Below, in pieces: positions 1-10,609 of a DNA stretch of 64,000 nucleotides. The notes beneath the pieces were generated by a model, which was not told the DNA's origin, did no database searches, and saw nothing but the letters and a program-made list of their open reading frames with translations. The stretch's first letter is position 1. Each line of letters opens with the position of its first letter. Source of the DNA: an uncultured Chlamydiae bacterium (GTDB lineage Bacteria > Chlamydiota > Chlamydiia > Chlamydiales > SM23-39); the NCBI GenBank assembly GCA_963730605.1, contig CAVSSM010000007.1, positions 128,001 to 192,000 on the forward strand. Reading direction: 5' to 3'. The translations under genes were made by a program, and so were the position numbers.

Positions 1-770
1 GATTGGCGGTGCATGATATGGATCGCTTTGAGAGATTGAGGATCGAGCCGCACCCCGATCTCTTCCTCGGCTTCCCGGACCATGGCGGCGCTGGCAGGCT
101 CTCCTTCCTCTACGTGGCCGGCGGGAAGACTCCACATTCCATCAGCGTAGCCTGTATTTTGCCTGAGTCCCAAGAGGACTTTTCCTTCTTTCATTATGAT
201 CGAATAGGTACTGACGGAGGTGGTCGCCCGTCTCTTGGCTCCAGGCAAGGCTGCCGAGTATCGCTGATAAGCGGCCCTTCCGCCAGCGATGATCGGCATG
301 GTTTCGATCTCATGGGGAGCTGCCCAATGGACCGCATCATTTTCGCTGTTCAAGCGGACGGGAGGCCTTGAGGGGGAGACGAAACGGAACATGGTGTAGG
401 TATAGTCGATCTCTGGTTTCTTGATGTAGAGGGTCCCAAGGTCTTGGAGCATGCTGGGGTCGATGACGATGCCCGTCTCTTCTTCAAGCTCGCGCCGAGC
501 AGCCGCGCGTGGGGTTTCTCCGGGCTCCACTTTGCCGGCAGGAACGCCCCATACTACTTGTTTTTGGGCTCCTCCCTCTTTTTGGTGGGCGGAGCGGCGC
601 AGAAGGAGAAGCTTTCCTTCGCTCTCAATGTAGCAGGCGGCAACGGATCTTTTTGGAGAAAACCCCTCAGGGGGCTTAAGGAAAACTTGGGCTAGCGTTT
701 GCAGATGGAAGAACTCCTCCGGAGATTCTCCGCTCCGGTATCGGGCGGCAAGTTGCTTGCCGCGAATCAT
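1..770 (-). CDS. Tandem NUDIX-domain hydrolase (3' end outside window)
   Basis: Manual translation from ATG at 770 (MIRGKQLAAR...) gives two Nudix boxes: WGVPAGKVEPGETPRAAARRELEEETG and WSLPAGHVEEGEPASAAMVREAEEEIG. Absent from the ORF track because there is no stop in the window. Confidence 0.88.
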   Translation of the reverse strand, partial: MIRGKQLAARYRSGESPEEFFHLQTLAQVFLKPPEGFSPKRSVAACYIESEGKLLLLRRSAHQKEGGAQKQVVWGVPAGKVEPGETPRAAARRELEEETGIVIDPSMLQDLGTLYIKKPEIDYTYTMFRFVSPSRPPVRLNSENDAVHWAAPHEIETMPIIAGGRAAYQRYSAALPGAKRRATTSVSTYSIIMKEGKVLLGLRQNTGYADGMWSLPAGHVEEGEPASAAMVREAEEEIGVRLDPQSLKAIHIMHRQ

Positions 771-815
771 CGGATGGCCCAAGATTTTAAGGACTTTTTC
801 GTTTTAGGGCAATAT

Positions 816-3155
816 TTAGGGGCGCGCGAACAAACGAGTCGTTGTATAAGTTACATACATCGCGGTAATTCCCGTAACAATAGGGATCACAATCCGAGCG
901 ACTTTCTGATAGAGCACTCCATTGGCATTACGCAAAGCGACGGCATTCGGCATGAGTCGTGGACCCATGTTTACGCCCAACCAATTTGCCGCGTTGAGTA
1001 AGAATTGGGGAGTCTTTAATGCGGTGCCTGCGCCGACTGCAACTCCAACTCCTGCTGTTACCACGCTACCGATCGTGGTTGCGCTATCCTTTATAGCATC
1101 GACTACGCTCCGCATTGCTGTAGATACAGGCGCCGCGACCGTCTGACAGAAAACATTTGCAAGAGGGGGAAGGGTAAAGATGGCCGTGGATGCTATTGCC
1201 GCGTTTCGGTAGCCCCAGACAAAATGATGTTTCAGAATGCCGTAGCTCCCAGCAGAGAATCCTACTGATGCGATAGAAGTGCCAGGATTGCCGGTAACGG
1301 TGTTGTATACGCTCGCGAGATACCCTTCGTCCCAGCCGGTCGTGGACGAATTCCACGCTTTGCCGACGCCTTCGAGCCTCTGATGGCAATATCCGGTTGA
1401 GTTTGTGCAGCTTTCCTTGACTGCGGCCGCAACAACGGGCAGCCCCTGTTTTAGCACGGCAAAGAGGCTTCCGCTCATAAGCCCGCTTCGTATGAAATAG
1501 TTTCTCCGGGCGGAGTTCCCAGCGCTGAGCCGAGCTGCCACTACCTTAGCCATGTCCTCTTTAGATACCGTATTTTGTATCCTTGTGATAGCTCCAGCAA
1601 CATTCTTTATAGTCGTTATCGTATTTGGCGCCGGGTCATTGATAGCTGTCATAGCGGTTCTTTTAGCAGCTTCGGCCCCTGCTTTGATAAACGGCAGCCA
1701 ACCCGCAATCGAATAGCCTAGTATGCCCCACGAGAAACTCTCATTGATCTCCGTGGAGTAGTTTGTCTTAATTTCCGTGAGCCACTTTTCACACGGCCAC
1801 GTGGTCACATTGTTAAAGGTCTGATTGAGCCAGGAGGCAGCGTCCTTTGCGATGGGGGAGGCGGCATTGACCCAGGTTCCGAGGGTCCCATTATGATAAC
1901 TAACGGCTGCGGTATCGAAAACATACTTGCCGGCGTCAGACTGGAGGGCGAGGCTCGTGATCGGGATTGCGGGGTGGACGTATCCAAAGTACGTTCCAGC
2001 AAAAGTAGCTATATTGAAGACGCTCCATGCAGTCTCTGGATTGGTTTTATAGATTTCACTAGCTTTATCGATAACGGTCATTCCTGTGGCGGAGAGATCC
2101 TGATAGCTTGGCAGTTTCTCTCTCACAGCATCGATAAACCCTGGGTGCGTTGCATCGATCATCTTGGCAAGAAACCACGCCGCGGCTCCATATCCAGCAT
2201 AGCTCTTGGCAAGTCCGGAAGTGGCGGAAAAGAACCCAATGATCGCGTCTTTATTGTAAGTTCCTCCAAGCAAAAGAAAGCTTATGATCGCATTATATCC
2301 CACGGGATGGACATTCCCTAATTCTCCAATGGCATTGGAGATGTCTTTCGCTCTATCAGTGATCGTTTGCGTGCAAGTGGAATCTATGCTGTTGCAGGCA
2401 ACGACCGCTAGAACAGCCGGCGGAATATAGGGCGCGAGGGATTTGAACGACGGGATCGCAGCTACGATAAAGTTAGTCAGGAGACTCGTTATGTAAAGAG
2501 AGGCGCCAGCGCCCCCCATAAGTGAAGCCCCTTTGTTTACCAGTTCGTTAGGAGGAATGGGGTCCTTGCCCAGGAACTGTCCAAGCTCATTTTGAGCTGT
2601 CCCGAGAGTAATGGCAGCGCCTTGTAAAACTGCTCCACCAGCCTTTACTGTTGACCCGGCCAGTTGAAAAGACGGTCCGCCAGCATTAAACAGCGGCGGG
2701 AGGAGTTCAAGGAGTTTTGGGGCGGCTATGATAGCTACCGCACCAGCCGCGCTGTATTTCGCGATCCGAGTCCAAGTCCATTTGCTCTTATCGTCCTTCT
2801 TCTCCTCTTTTTTCTCCTCTTTATGGACCTTCAGCATTTGGATCAATTCTTTCGAGGGACCAGCAACACGCATCTTGAGCGATGCCGCCGTGACCCGTTT
2901 GTCCAACCCCGCGAGCTTCTCAGTCAGCTTTCTGTTGGCGACTCTCATGCTTTCGCTGTTCGGGGGCCGCGCGTCGGTGGTCGCAATCACCCTTGCAAGC
3001 AGATCGTTGTAGTCTGTTATGAATTGAGGAAAATTGCTGACTTCGCCCCACCATTCAATTATTTCAACCGCTTTTTCAATATTTTCGACTTTTTTTAATG
3101 CGTGGATATAGTCTGCGCTGGTAGATAAAATTTGATCGTGTTTATTGATTGCCAT
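816..3155 (-). CDS. Large orphan membrane protein (possible secreted effector or Inc-like)
   Basis: 779-aa ORF with helical N-terminus, KEEKKEEKKDDK patch and many Ala/Gly-rich hydrophobic segments; no recognisable family. Confidence 0.7.
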   Translation of the reverse strand: MAINKHDQILSTSADYIHALKKVENIEKAVEIIEWWGEVSNFPQFITDYNDLLARVIATTDARPPNSESMRVANRKLTEKLAGLDKRVTAASLKMRVAGPSKELIQMLKVHKEEKKEEKKDDKSKWTWTRIAKYSAAGAVAIIAAPKLLELLPPLFNAGGPSFQLAGSTVKAGGAVLQGAAITLGTAQNELGQFLGKDPIPPNELVNKGASLMGGAGASLYITSLLTNFIVAAIPSFKSLAPYIPPAVLAVVACNSIDSTCTQTITDRAKDISNAIGELGNVHPVGYNAIISFLLLGGTYNKDAIIGFFSATSGLAKSYAGYGAAAWFLAKMIDATHPGFIDAVREKLPSYQDLSATGMTVIDKASEIYKTNPETAWSVFNIATFAGTYFGYVHPAIPITSLALQSDAGKYVFDTAAVSYHNGTLGTWVNAASPIAKDAASWLNQTFNNVTTWPCEKWLTEIKTNYSTEINESFSWGILGYSIAGWLPFIKAGAEAAKRTAMTAINDPAPNTITTIKNVAGAITRIQNTVSKEDMAKVVAARLSAGNSARRNYFIRSGLMSGSLFAVLKQGLPVVAAAVKESCTNSTGYCHQRLEGVGKAWNSSTTGWDEGYLASVYNTVTGNPGTSIASVGFSAGSYGILKHHFVWGYRNAAIASTAIFTLPPLANVFCQTVAAPVSTAMRSVVDAIKDSATTIGSVVTAGVGVAVGAGTALKTPQFLLNAANWLGVNMGPRLMPNAVALRNANGVLYQKVARIVIPIVTGITAMYVTYTTTRLFARP

Positions 3156-3325
3156 ATAGAATTACCTCTTAATTTTGGTGACATTTTAACATTACGTGGA
3201 TTACATGTAAAGTGTTCCCAATTTAAAATTTATTTTCGAAGCTAACATTGTACGGCCAAATTTTTATTTTGTGCAATGGAAAATTGAAAAGGTGTATAAA
3301 TTTTTCCTTTTTGGCAGAGGAAACC

Positions 3326-3820
3326 ATGATCACAGCAATATCTTCTCAAATTCCAGGACCGTATCCATCTTTTGAGCGCGAGCTTACAGTGCAAAAAATC
3401 GTTGAGGTCGCATTGCTCGTGATCACGGCCCTTGGCATCGCCGAGGCCTTTTTGACCTTGCCTCTGGCTGAAGGGCTGCTTGTTGCCATGGTCCTTGGCG
3501 GCTATGCCTTGATTGTCGCAGCGGCTGTTTCGTCCCGGGCCTATTGGGATCCCGTCCAAAGGGAGCAGCCGCTCGCTTTCTATTCCCGTTGGTTTTATCC
3601 TCTCCCTGCCCCTGCCTATAGGCCGCCCCTTTTCGTAAGAGATCCGTCTCTCGCGCCTCTTCCAAGATTTCAAGCTTTTCGTTCAAGCTTTGGGCCAAGC
3701 TTCGGGAGTGAAAGAGTGAGAGTTGGAGGAGGGCAGGTTCCAGGGAGCTTTTCTGCAGCGCCCTTTCGTCAAAGCGGACATCTCGAAGGAGCGCGCGTCA
3801 GGGTAGGAGGACGGCGATAA
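3326..3820 (+). CDS. Inc-like protein with bilobed hydrophobic domain
   Basis: ATG at 3326 after AGAGGA; about 45-aa hydrophobic stretch then a Pro/Arg/Gly-rich tail with RVRVGG twice. Confidence 0.55.
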   Translation: MITAISSQIPGPYPSFERELTVQKIVEVALLVITALGIAEAFLTLPLAEGLLVAMVLGGYALIVAAAVSSRAYWDPVQREQPLAFYSRWFYPLPAPAYRPPLFVRDPSLAPLPRFQAFRSSFGPSFGSERVRVGGGQVPGSFSAAPFRQSGHLEGARVRVGGRR

Positions 3821-3952
3821 TGAACTAGAGAGATAAGAGGAGAGATGCACCACAGTTGCTATGCTGAATGCCCAATATGCCGCCCGGGATGGGGCGATCA
3901 TGCAAATCTTGTTCCCACTCAAAGGTACAAAAGTTTGAAAATTCGAAAAGGC

Positions 3953-6900
3953 TCACGTCTTTTTGCGCTTTTCCCAGAATGCTTTCGCTTTTTCTTGCAC
4001 CACTTCGAAATAGTAGTAGAGAACCGGGGTGAGGAGCAGCGTGAGGAGCTGCGAGAAGAGAAGGCCACCGATGATGCAGATGCCAAGAGAGGCTCTATTT
4101 TGAGCTGTGGCGCCGCCGATGGCAAGGGCGATCGGCACTGCGCCCATTCCGGCGCAAACCGTGGTCATGAGGATCGGGCGGAAGCGGATCAGGCTCGCTT
4201 CGATGACGGCGTCGTAGGCCGATTTCTTTTCTTTCCGGACAGCCTCGTTTGCGAAATCGATCATCATGATGCCGTTCTTTAAGACGATGCCGATGAGGAG
4301 GATCAGGCCGATGAAGGAATAGATCGAGAGCGACTCTCGGAAAAGGAAAAGGGCGAGGAGCCCGCCGACAAGGGTTGGGGGGAGCGCGCTCATCACCGTG
4401 ATCGGATGGATGAAGCTCTCGTAGAGGATGCCGAGCACGATGTAAATGGTGAAGATGGCAAGGAAGATGAGGAAGTTGAGGCTTTTGAAAGAATCGGCAT
4501 AGATCGCGGCGGTCCCGATGATCTGGCCTTGGATCTGAGGAGGGAAGTCGGATTTCGTCATCTTTTTGATTTCTTTTAGGACGGTGCCAAGCGGCACATC
4601 GGCGCCGGGATTGAAGGAGATGTCGACGGTGGGCAAGCCGTTCATATGGTTGACGGTGAGGGGGCCGATGGTTTGCACGGGCTTGACGATTTCAGAGAGA
4701 GGGACGAGAGCGCTTGTAGAAGAACGGATGTAGAGTTTGGAGAGGACGGTCGGATCTTTGTAAAACCGGGGGAGAGTTTCGACGATCACATCGTATTGGT
4801 TGATCTCTCCATTGATCAGAGAGATCTTGTTGTCTGAATAGGCCCAGCCGAGATAGTCCTCGATGGCTTGGGCTGTAACGTTGTAGTTCGAAGCTTTGTC
4901 GCGCAAGATCTGGAAAGACCATTGGGGTTGTTGGTTGAGAAGGTCGCTCGACACTTGGCTAAAAGTTGGGTTTTGCCGCATCCGCTGCATGAGCTTTGTC
5001 GAATAGTCGTAGAGCGTCTTCCGGTCGACGCTAGTCAGAGAATACTGGTAGAGCGCTTGCGATGTGGTGCCCACTGTAAGGTTGATCAGGGGAAGGGGGA
5101 GAGAGGAACGTGTTCACCCCGGAAAATCGGCTGTATTTTTTCGTTAGATCAACGATTACTTGGTTCATCGGCTGCCGCTCTTTGAAGGGCTTGAGCTTTA
5201 TGAATAGGATTCCTTGATTGGAGTTGCTGTAGGAGCTGATGGAAATGATCGATTCGATATTCGGGTCTTTGATCCCGATCTGAGAGAGGTCTCGGTGGTA
5301 TTTTTCCATGAGGAAAGGGGAGGTTCCATCGCGGGCTTGGGTGAACCCTTCGATGTAGCCGATGTCGTCGGGAGGCAGAAGGTCTTGGGGAATCGCTCGA
5401 TAGAGAATCACCGAAAAGACGATGCTCGAGAGCCCGAGGCCGATCATAAAGAAACGGTGCTTCATGGCCCAATGGAGGCACGGCTCGTACATTTTTTTGA
5501 GCCGGTCATTGACCGTATCCGAAATCCGCTCCATCCGAGTTTTCCGCTTTTCATCATTGGGGCGGATCAGCCGGCTGCCGACCATAGGAGTGAGGGTGAG
5601 GGATATTAGCCCTGAGAAGAGGACGGCGACGATGATCGTGACAGCGCACTCGCGGAATAGGCGGCCGATGACCCCTCCCATAAAGAGCATGGGGATGAAC
5701 GCAGCGGTTAGGCAGAGCGTCATGCTGAGGACGGTCATGCTGATCTCTTTTGCGCTGTTCAGCGCGGCGTCGAGGGGCTTTTCTCCGTCCTTCGCATGCC
5801 GGACGTTGTTTTCTAAAACGACGATGGCATCATCGACAAGGAAACCGATCGAGAGGGTGATGGCCAGAAGGGAGAGGATGTCGATCGTGAAGCCGAAAAG
5901 ATACATCACAGCAAATGTGCCGATGGCAGACAGGGGGAGAGAGAGGATGGGGATGATCGTATTGAGCGCTTTGCCGAGAAAGAGATAGATGACGGCGACG
6001 ACAAGGATGAAGGCAACGATGAGCGTCAATTCTACTTCGGCGACTTCCTCGTTGATTGAATCAGACTGGTCATAGATCGGCTCGATAGTCAGGCTTTGCG
6101 GAAGCTGGGGCCTGATCTCTTCGATCACTTTCTTGACCCCTTTGACGATTTGGACCGTGTTCGTGCCCGGAAGGCGCTGGACGGCGATGACGATGCAGAT
6201 TTTATCGTCATTTTTCGTCACGTACCGTTGGGTAAATTTGTCGTCCTGGACGCTGTCGAGGGCGCGGCCGATATCTTTGACTTTGACCAAGTCTCTATCG
6301 GCGTTCTTGATGATAATCTCTCCATAGGGAGGGGCGGTCAGGAGCTCGCCCGTCGACCTCGATGGTGTAATCATCTCTTGGGCCGTACAGCGTGCCGAGA
6401 GGCAAATCGACGTTGGCCTCATGGATCAGTTCCACCACTTGGTCGAAGCCGATCTGCTTGGCAGCGAGTTTCTCGGGATCGACCTGGATCCGGACGGCAT
6501 AGGGAGACCCGTAGGTGCTGACTTGGGCGACTCCGTCGACCATCGAGAGGCGCTGGCCGAGGATGGTGCTCCCATAATCGTAAAGGGCGCCGAGGGTCAT
6601 GTTCGGCGAGGAGAGGACGTAATAGACGATCGGGGTGGCCGCGGGGTTCACTTTTTCATAAGTAGGCTGGTTGGGAAGGTTCGAGGGGAGGTTGGGCTGC
6701 GCGCGGCTGATGGCGGCTTGGACGTCGGTCGACGCGGCGTCGATATCGCGGTCGAGGGCAAACGTGAGGATGATCGTGGTCGAGCCAGTATTGCTCGAAG
6801 AAAAGACCGACTTGATCCCCTCGATCGTCATGAATTGCTGCTCGAGGGGGGTCGCGACGGAATTGGCCATCGTATCGGGGCTTGCGCCTGGGTAGCTGAC

Positions 6901-7044
6901 GGATACTTGGATGGTGGGCAAGTCGACATTCGGCAGGTCGCTCACAGGGAGTTTGTAAAAAGCTAAGAGGCCGAAAAAAAGGATCGAGACCATTACGAGG
7001 AGAGTCATCACAGGGCGGCGGATGAAGGGTTCCGATAAATTCAT
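3953..7044 (-). CDS. RND efflux permease (AcrB/MdtBC-like), split by two single-base frameshifts
   Basis: Three overlapping ORFs with MNLSEPFIRRPV, IGFLVDDAIVVLEN and RFRPILMTT motifs; shifts fall in homopolymers near 6350 and 5095. Confidence 0.9.
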
Positions 7045-8126
7045 CCACCCTCTTGAGGGATAAATATTTTAGCGTCGTTAAAGAGGTTGATCTGACCCTC
7101 CGTGACGATTTTTTCTTCTCCTTTCAGCCCTTCCAAGATGATGATCTCATCGCCTTCCCTTTGGCCTAATTTCACGGTGCGCTGTTCGACGGTATTGCCT
7201 TGTTTGACGACAAAGACGATCGGTTCGGTCAGAGTCATTTGCACGGCGGCGGTGGGGATGACGACGGCGTTTTGAAGAGTGGAAAGGATGAGCCTTGTCC
7301 GGACGAACTGCCCGGGCCAAAGATCTCTCTTTTCATTATCGAAGGTAGCGCGAAGTTTGATCATGCCGGTTTGGGGATCGACCTGATTGTCGATCATGAA
7401 AAGGGCGCCGATGAAAGTTTCTTCATCGAACTGGTCGTAGGCGGCGATGACTTTGAGCTCTTGTTTTTTATAGGCTCTTTGAATCTGGGGCAGCTGGAAT
7501 TCGGGTAGTGAGAAGGTGACGTAGATCGGGGCCATTTGATTGAGGATGACGAGCGGGTCGGTCTTCCCGTCCGGCGCGGCGACTAAATTGCCGTAGTCGA
7601 CGTTCAAAATACCGAGCATCCCGTCAATGGGAGCGTAAATCCAGCAATAATCGAGGTTGATGTTCGCAGAATCGACAGCGCCTTGGTTTTGCTGGACTGC
7701 CGCGGCAGTGCTCGCGAAATTCGCTTGCAAGGTCTCGTAGTCGATCTGCGAATAGTATTCATCCTTGGCAAGGATTCTGTACCGCTTGACCTTTTCTTCG
7801 GCAAGAGCGAGCTCGGCAAGGCTTTGCTCAAGGGCTCCTTGCGCCTCTTTCAACGCGGCCTCATAGGGCTTGGAGTCGATCGTGAAGAGGAGGTCGCCCT
7901 GTTTGACTTCCTTCCCTTGCGTAAAGAATACGCCCGTGAGCTCCCCTTCGATCCGGGAGCGGATCTGGATGCTGGTGATCGATTCGACGTGCCCGAGCGC
8001 CTCGAGAAATAGAGGCATGGGCTTGGAGACGGCCATCCCGATCTGCACAGGATAGATAGGAGGGGGCGAGGGAGCTTTCTTGGCGCACGAGGTCAAAAAC
8101 AAGGGAATGATCAACCGCCAAAACAT
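7041..8126 (-). CDS. RND periplasmic adaptor (MdtA-like), lipoprotein
   Basis: MFWRLIIPLFLTSC lipobox; GKEVKQGDLLFTID, IYAPIDG and LWPGQFV motifs. Confidence 0.9.
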   Translation of the reverse strand: MFWRLIIPLFLTSCAKKAPSPPPIYPVQIGMAVSKPMPLFLEALGHVESITSIQIRSRIEGELTGVFFTQGKEVKQGDLLFTIDSKPYEAALKEAQGALEQSLAELALAEEKVKRYRILAKDEYYSQIDYETLQANFASTAAAVQQNQGAVDSANINLDYCWIYAPIDGMLGILNVDYGNLVAAPDGKTDPLVILNQMAPIYVTFSLPEFQLPQIQRAYKKQELKVIAAYDQFDEETFIGALFMIDNQVDPQTGMIKLRATFDNEKRDLWPGQFVRTRLILSTLQNAVVIPTAAVQMTLTEPIVFVVKQGNTVEQRTVKLGQREGDEIIILEGLKGEEKIVTEGQINLFNDAKIFIPQEGG

Positions 8127-8149
8127 GGTGGCGTTGTATCGTCGATCTC

Positions 8150-9652
8150 TCACTGAACCTCCTCGTTTGGGGTGCTGCAAAGAGAGCCGGTTGCATAGGC
8201 AAGAGTTGCGAGCGAAACAAACCAATTCTTTTGGGAGCCGGCTTTTTTCGATCGGGCGTCGGCTAGAGAGCTTTGGGCTGACATCACATCGAGGATCGTC
8301 ATCGTCCCGGCTTTATATCCAGTGAGGGCGATCTGGAACTCGAGCTCGGCCGCTTTCAGGTACTCTTCGGAGTCGGCCAGATTCGAGGCGGCGGTTTTGA
8401 CTCCCATATGGGCGGTCGCAACATCTTGGGTCAGACTCAGCTCCGTCTGGAGCATCTCGGCTTTGGCGGTTTCGAGGTTCGCGCGGGCGTTTTTGATCGC
8501 GTTTTTGTAGTAGAACCCTTGAAAAAGAGGGAACGTCAAATTGATCTCCGCCGACCAGTGGGGGCCTTGTTCTTGAGTGCCGTCTTGGAACCAGTAGTGG
8601 CCGATATCGAAGTAGCTGCTTAGGACCGGATAGACCGCCCTTTTTGCGTTCAAAAGGAGCGCTTCTTTTGCTTTCACATTGGATTGAGCGGCTAAAAAGT
8701 CTTGCCGTCGCTCTTGCGCTTTTTCCACAAGAAGCTCGACACTCTCTAGCATCGGGTTTGCGATGATTTGATCGGGAAGAGGCTGCACTTTGAAAGGAAC
8801 GCTGGCCGGGAGTCCGAGATCGACCGCGAGTTGGGCAAACGCATTTTCGACATTTTGCTTTTGGCTTGTGAGATTGATTTTGCTTTGGAGATACTGGGTT
8901 CTCGCTTGCGCCACGTCGCCGAGCGCCGCGAGACCTAAGGAGAACCGAACGTTTGCTGCATCAAGCGACATTTGGGCGTTTTCCAAATTCGCTTGGTTGG
9001 ATCTCAAGAGCGCTTGCTGGTAAAGGTAGTCGTAGGCGTCGTCCATCACCATCTGGATGACGCTTTGGATCTTTTGGTTGTGGTTCATATCGGCGTAGTA
9101 GAGCGCTTCCCTGGCGGCGAGGGCGGCCGAAGATCTTTGCCCGAAGTCGAAGAGCGTATAGGCGAGGGCGACATCCGGCCCCACCTGGGTTATATAAAAA
9201 GGAGTGGGCGAGCTTAAGCCCGGCACCACGACCACTCCGCTTTGCGTGGCCTCCCCTGTTTGAGAAGGGGGCGCCCCTGGCGTTTGGGGCCCCGATGCGA
9301 CTGTGCTTCCCTTGATGCGAAGATAGCTCCCCTCGAACGCTATGCTCGGATAAAACGAGCTGAGGGATTGGCTATATTTTGCGGCGGCGGCACGGGCCAT
9401 CGCCCAGGTTTGCTTCGTCGAGGGGTTATTTTGGAGAGCGATATCGACGAGCTCGGCCATGTTTAGCTCATCTGTTTCGAAAGAGGGGGGAAGGACAGTC
9501 TGGCAATATTTTGAGGAGACGAGGCAGTTGCCCTTGAGAGGCGTCCACGTTGCATAGGGCGCCATCGGCGCGAGCGCATACGGATCGGCGATTTCGCTGA
9601 TGCAGCCGGTCAAAATGGCGACGCTAATGGAAACGGAAACGGCCCTCTTCAA
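8150..9652 (-). CDS. TolC-family outer membrane efflux lipoprotein
   Basis: ILTGC lipobox; ALQNNP, YTLFDFG and YKAGTMTILDV repeats; first gene of the RND operon. Confidence 0.88.
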   Translation of the reverse strand: MKRAVSVSISVAILTGCISEIADPYALAPMAPYATWTPLKGNCLVSSKYCQTVLPPSFETDELNMAELVDIALQNNPSTKQTWAMARAAAAKYSQSLSSFYPSIAFEGSYLRIKGSTVASGPQTPGAPPSQTGEATQSGVVVVPGLSSPTPFYITQVGPDVALAYTLFDFGQRSSAALAAREALYYADMNHNQKIQSVIQMVMDDAYDYLYQQALLRSNQANLENAQMSLDAANVRFSLGLAALGDVAQARTQYLQSKINLTSQKQNVENAFAQLAVDLGLPASVPFKVQPLPDQIIANPMLESVELLVEKAQERRQDFLAAQSNVKAKEALLLNAKRAVYPVLSSYFDIGHYWFQDGTQEQGPHWSAEINLTFPLFQGFYYKNAIKNARANLETAKAEMLQTELSLTQDVATAHMGVKTAASNLADSEEYLKAAELEFQIALTGYKAGTMTILDVMSAQSSLADARSKKAGSQKNWFVSLATLAYATGSLCSTPNEEVQ

Positions 9653-9760
9653 TCTTAGAACTCCTCTATAGGGTTATTTAGGGGAAGTGGAGAGAAGGAT
9701 CAAGCACTTTTTCATCTGCAATCAAGGCCCTTCTGAAAAGAAGGTGTCGGAATAGAATCG

Positions 9761-10030
9761 CTAGATACATGCGTGGACAAGCTTAGCCAGCGTTCTCACA
9801 GTGGGGTTTTTGCTCTTCAAAGTATGATACATTGTGGATCTTGCCATTTCGCTCTCTTTGGCAATCTGCGTTTTATTCACAGCTTCCAAGTAGATACGGA
9901 TCACTTCGATCACGCCTTCTGAATCCCCATTTTTGAGACATTCCCAAATTGCGCGTCCGATCAACTCTTCGTTCAATAATTCTTCTGTAGGATCGCTCTT
10001 GCGAATCCCAGTACCTTTTTTGAGCTTCAT
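9761..10030 (-). CDS. Addiction-module antidote (HI1420-like HTH antitoxin)
   Basis: MKLKKG...KTQIAKESEMARSTMYHTLKSKNPTVRTLAKLV HTH, immediately downstream of the toxin stop. Confidence 0.8.
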   Translation of the reverse strand: MKLKKGTGIRKSDPTEELLNEELIGRAIWECLKNGDSEGVIEVIRIYLEAVNKTQIAKESEMARSTMYHTLKSKNPTVRTLAKLVHACI

Positions 10031-10031
10031 T

Positions 10032-10545
10032 CTACGTTTCCTCTTCTGACGAGACGTGCTTGTTAAAAATTTTCTTCGCCTGGCGGATGTCCTTGTCTTG
10101 ACCATTTTTGTTTCCTCCCAGCAAAAGTAAGATTTTCTTCTCTGGAATGTCAGCATAGTAACCTGAGTTTTGGGTTCATTTGTCTATGAGATTCAAGGAT
10201 ATTTCGAGCATATTTTTGCGCTTTGGAGCCGAGAGCAATATCGGGACGAGCATCTTGCCGAGGCGAAAAGTCAAAAAGATGCCGAAAGAAATTGAAGCTC
10301 AGGCAAATGAACCCAAAACTCAGGTTAGTAAACGCGCCGACCATTCTTCCACTTAAGTTCCAATACCCATCACCCACTTCCTTGTGTTCACCGAAATAGC
10401 CCTCGTCTTGAATATGGGATATTCGGGAGCGAACTTGTACCTGACTCTTGGCTGGTTGGTCCTCTAGCCATTCGTCGTACTCGGGGGTGTTATAGATGGT
10501 ATAAGCTTTGTCTTTCGTTGTATGATATATTGGACGTTTTGTCAA
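10032..10545 (-). pseudogene. RelE/ParE-like addiction-module killer (HI1419-like), MITE-disrupted
   Basis: TPEYDEWL...GYFGEHKEVGDG, then after removing the MITE and one frameshift: ELKWKNGRRVYYA...LLLLGGNKNGQDKDIRQAKKI. Confidence 0.85.
10161..10325. mobile_element. 165-bp MITE, family A copy 1
   Basis: 22-bp perfect TIR ACCTGAGTTTTGGGTTCATTTG; 5-bp TSD TAGTA; matches 62384-62548. Confidence 0.93.
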
Positions 10546-10609
10546 TTAAATATTGTTAACATACTGGTTGTTAGTTAGCTGCGTGTTATTCATTTTTAGC
10601 GATACTGGT

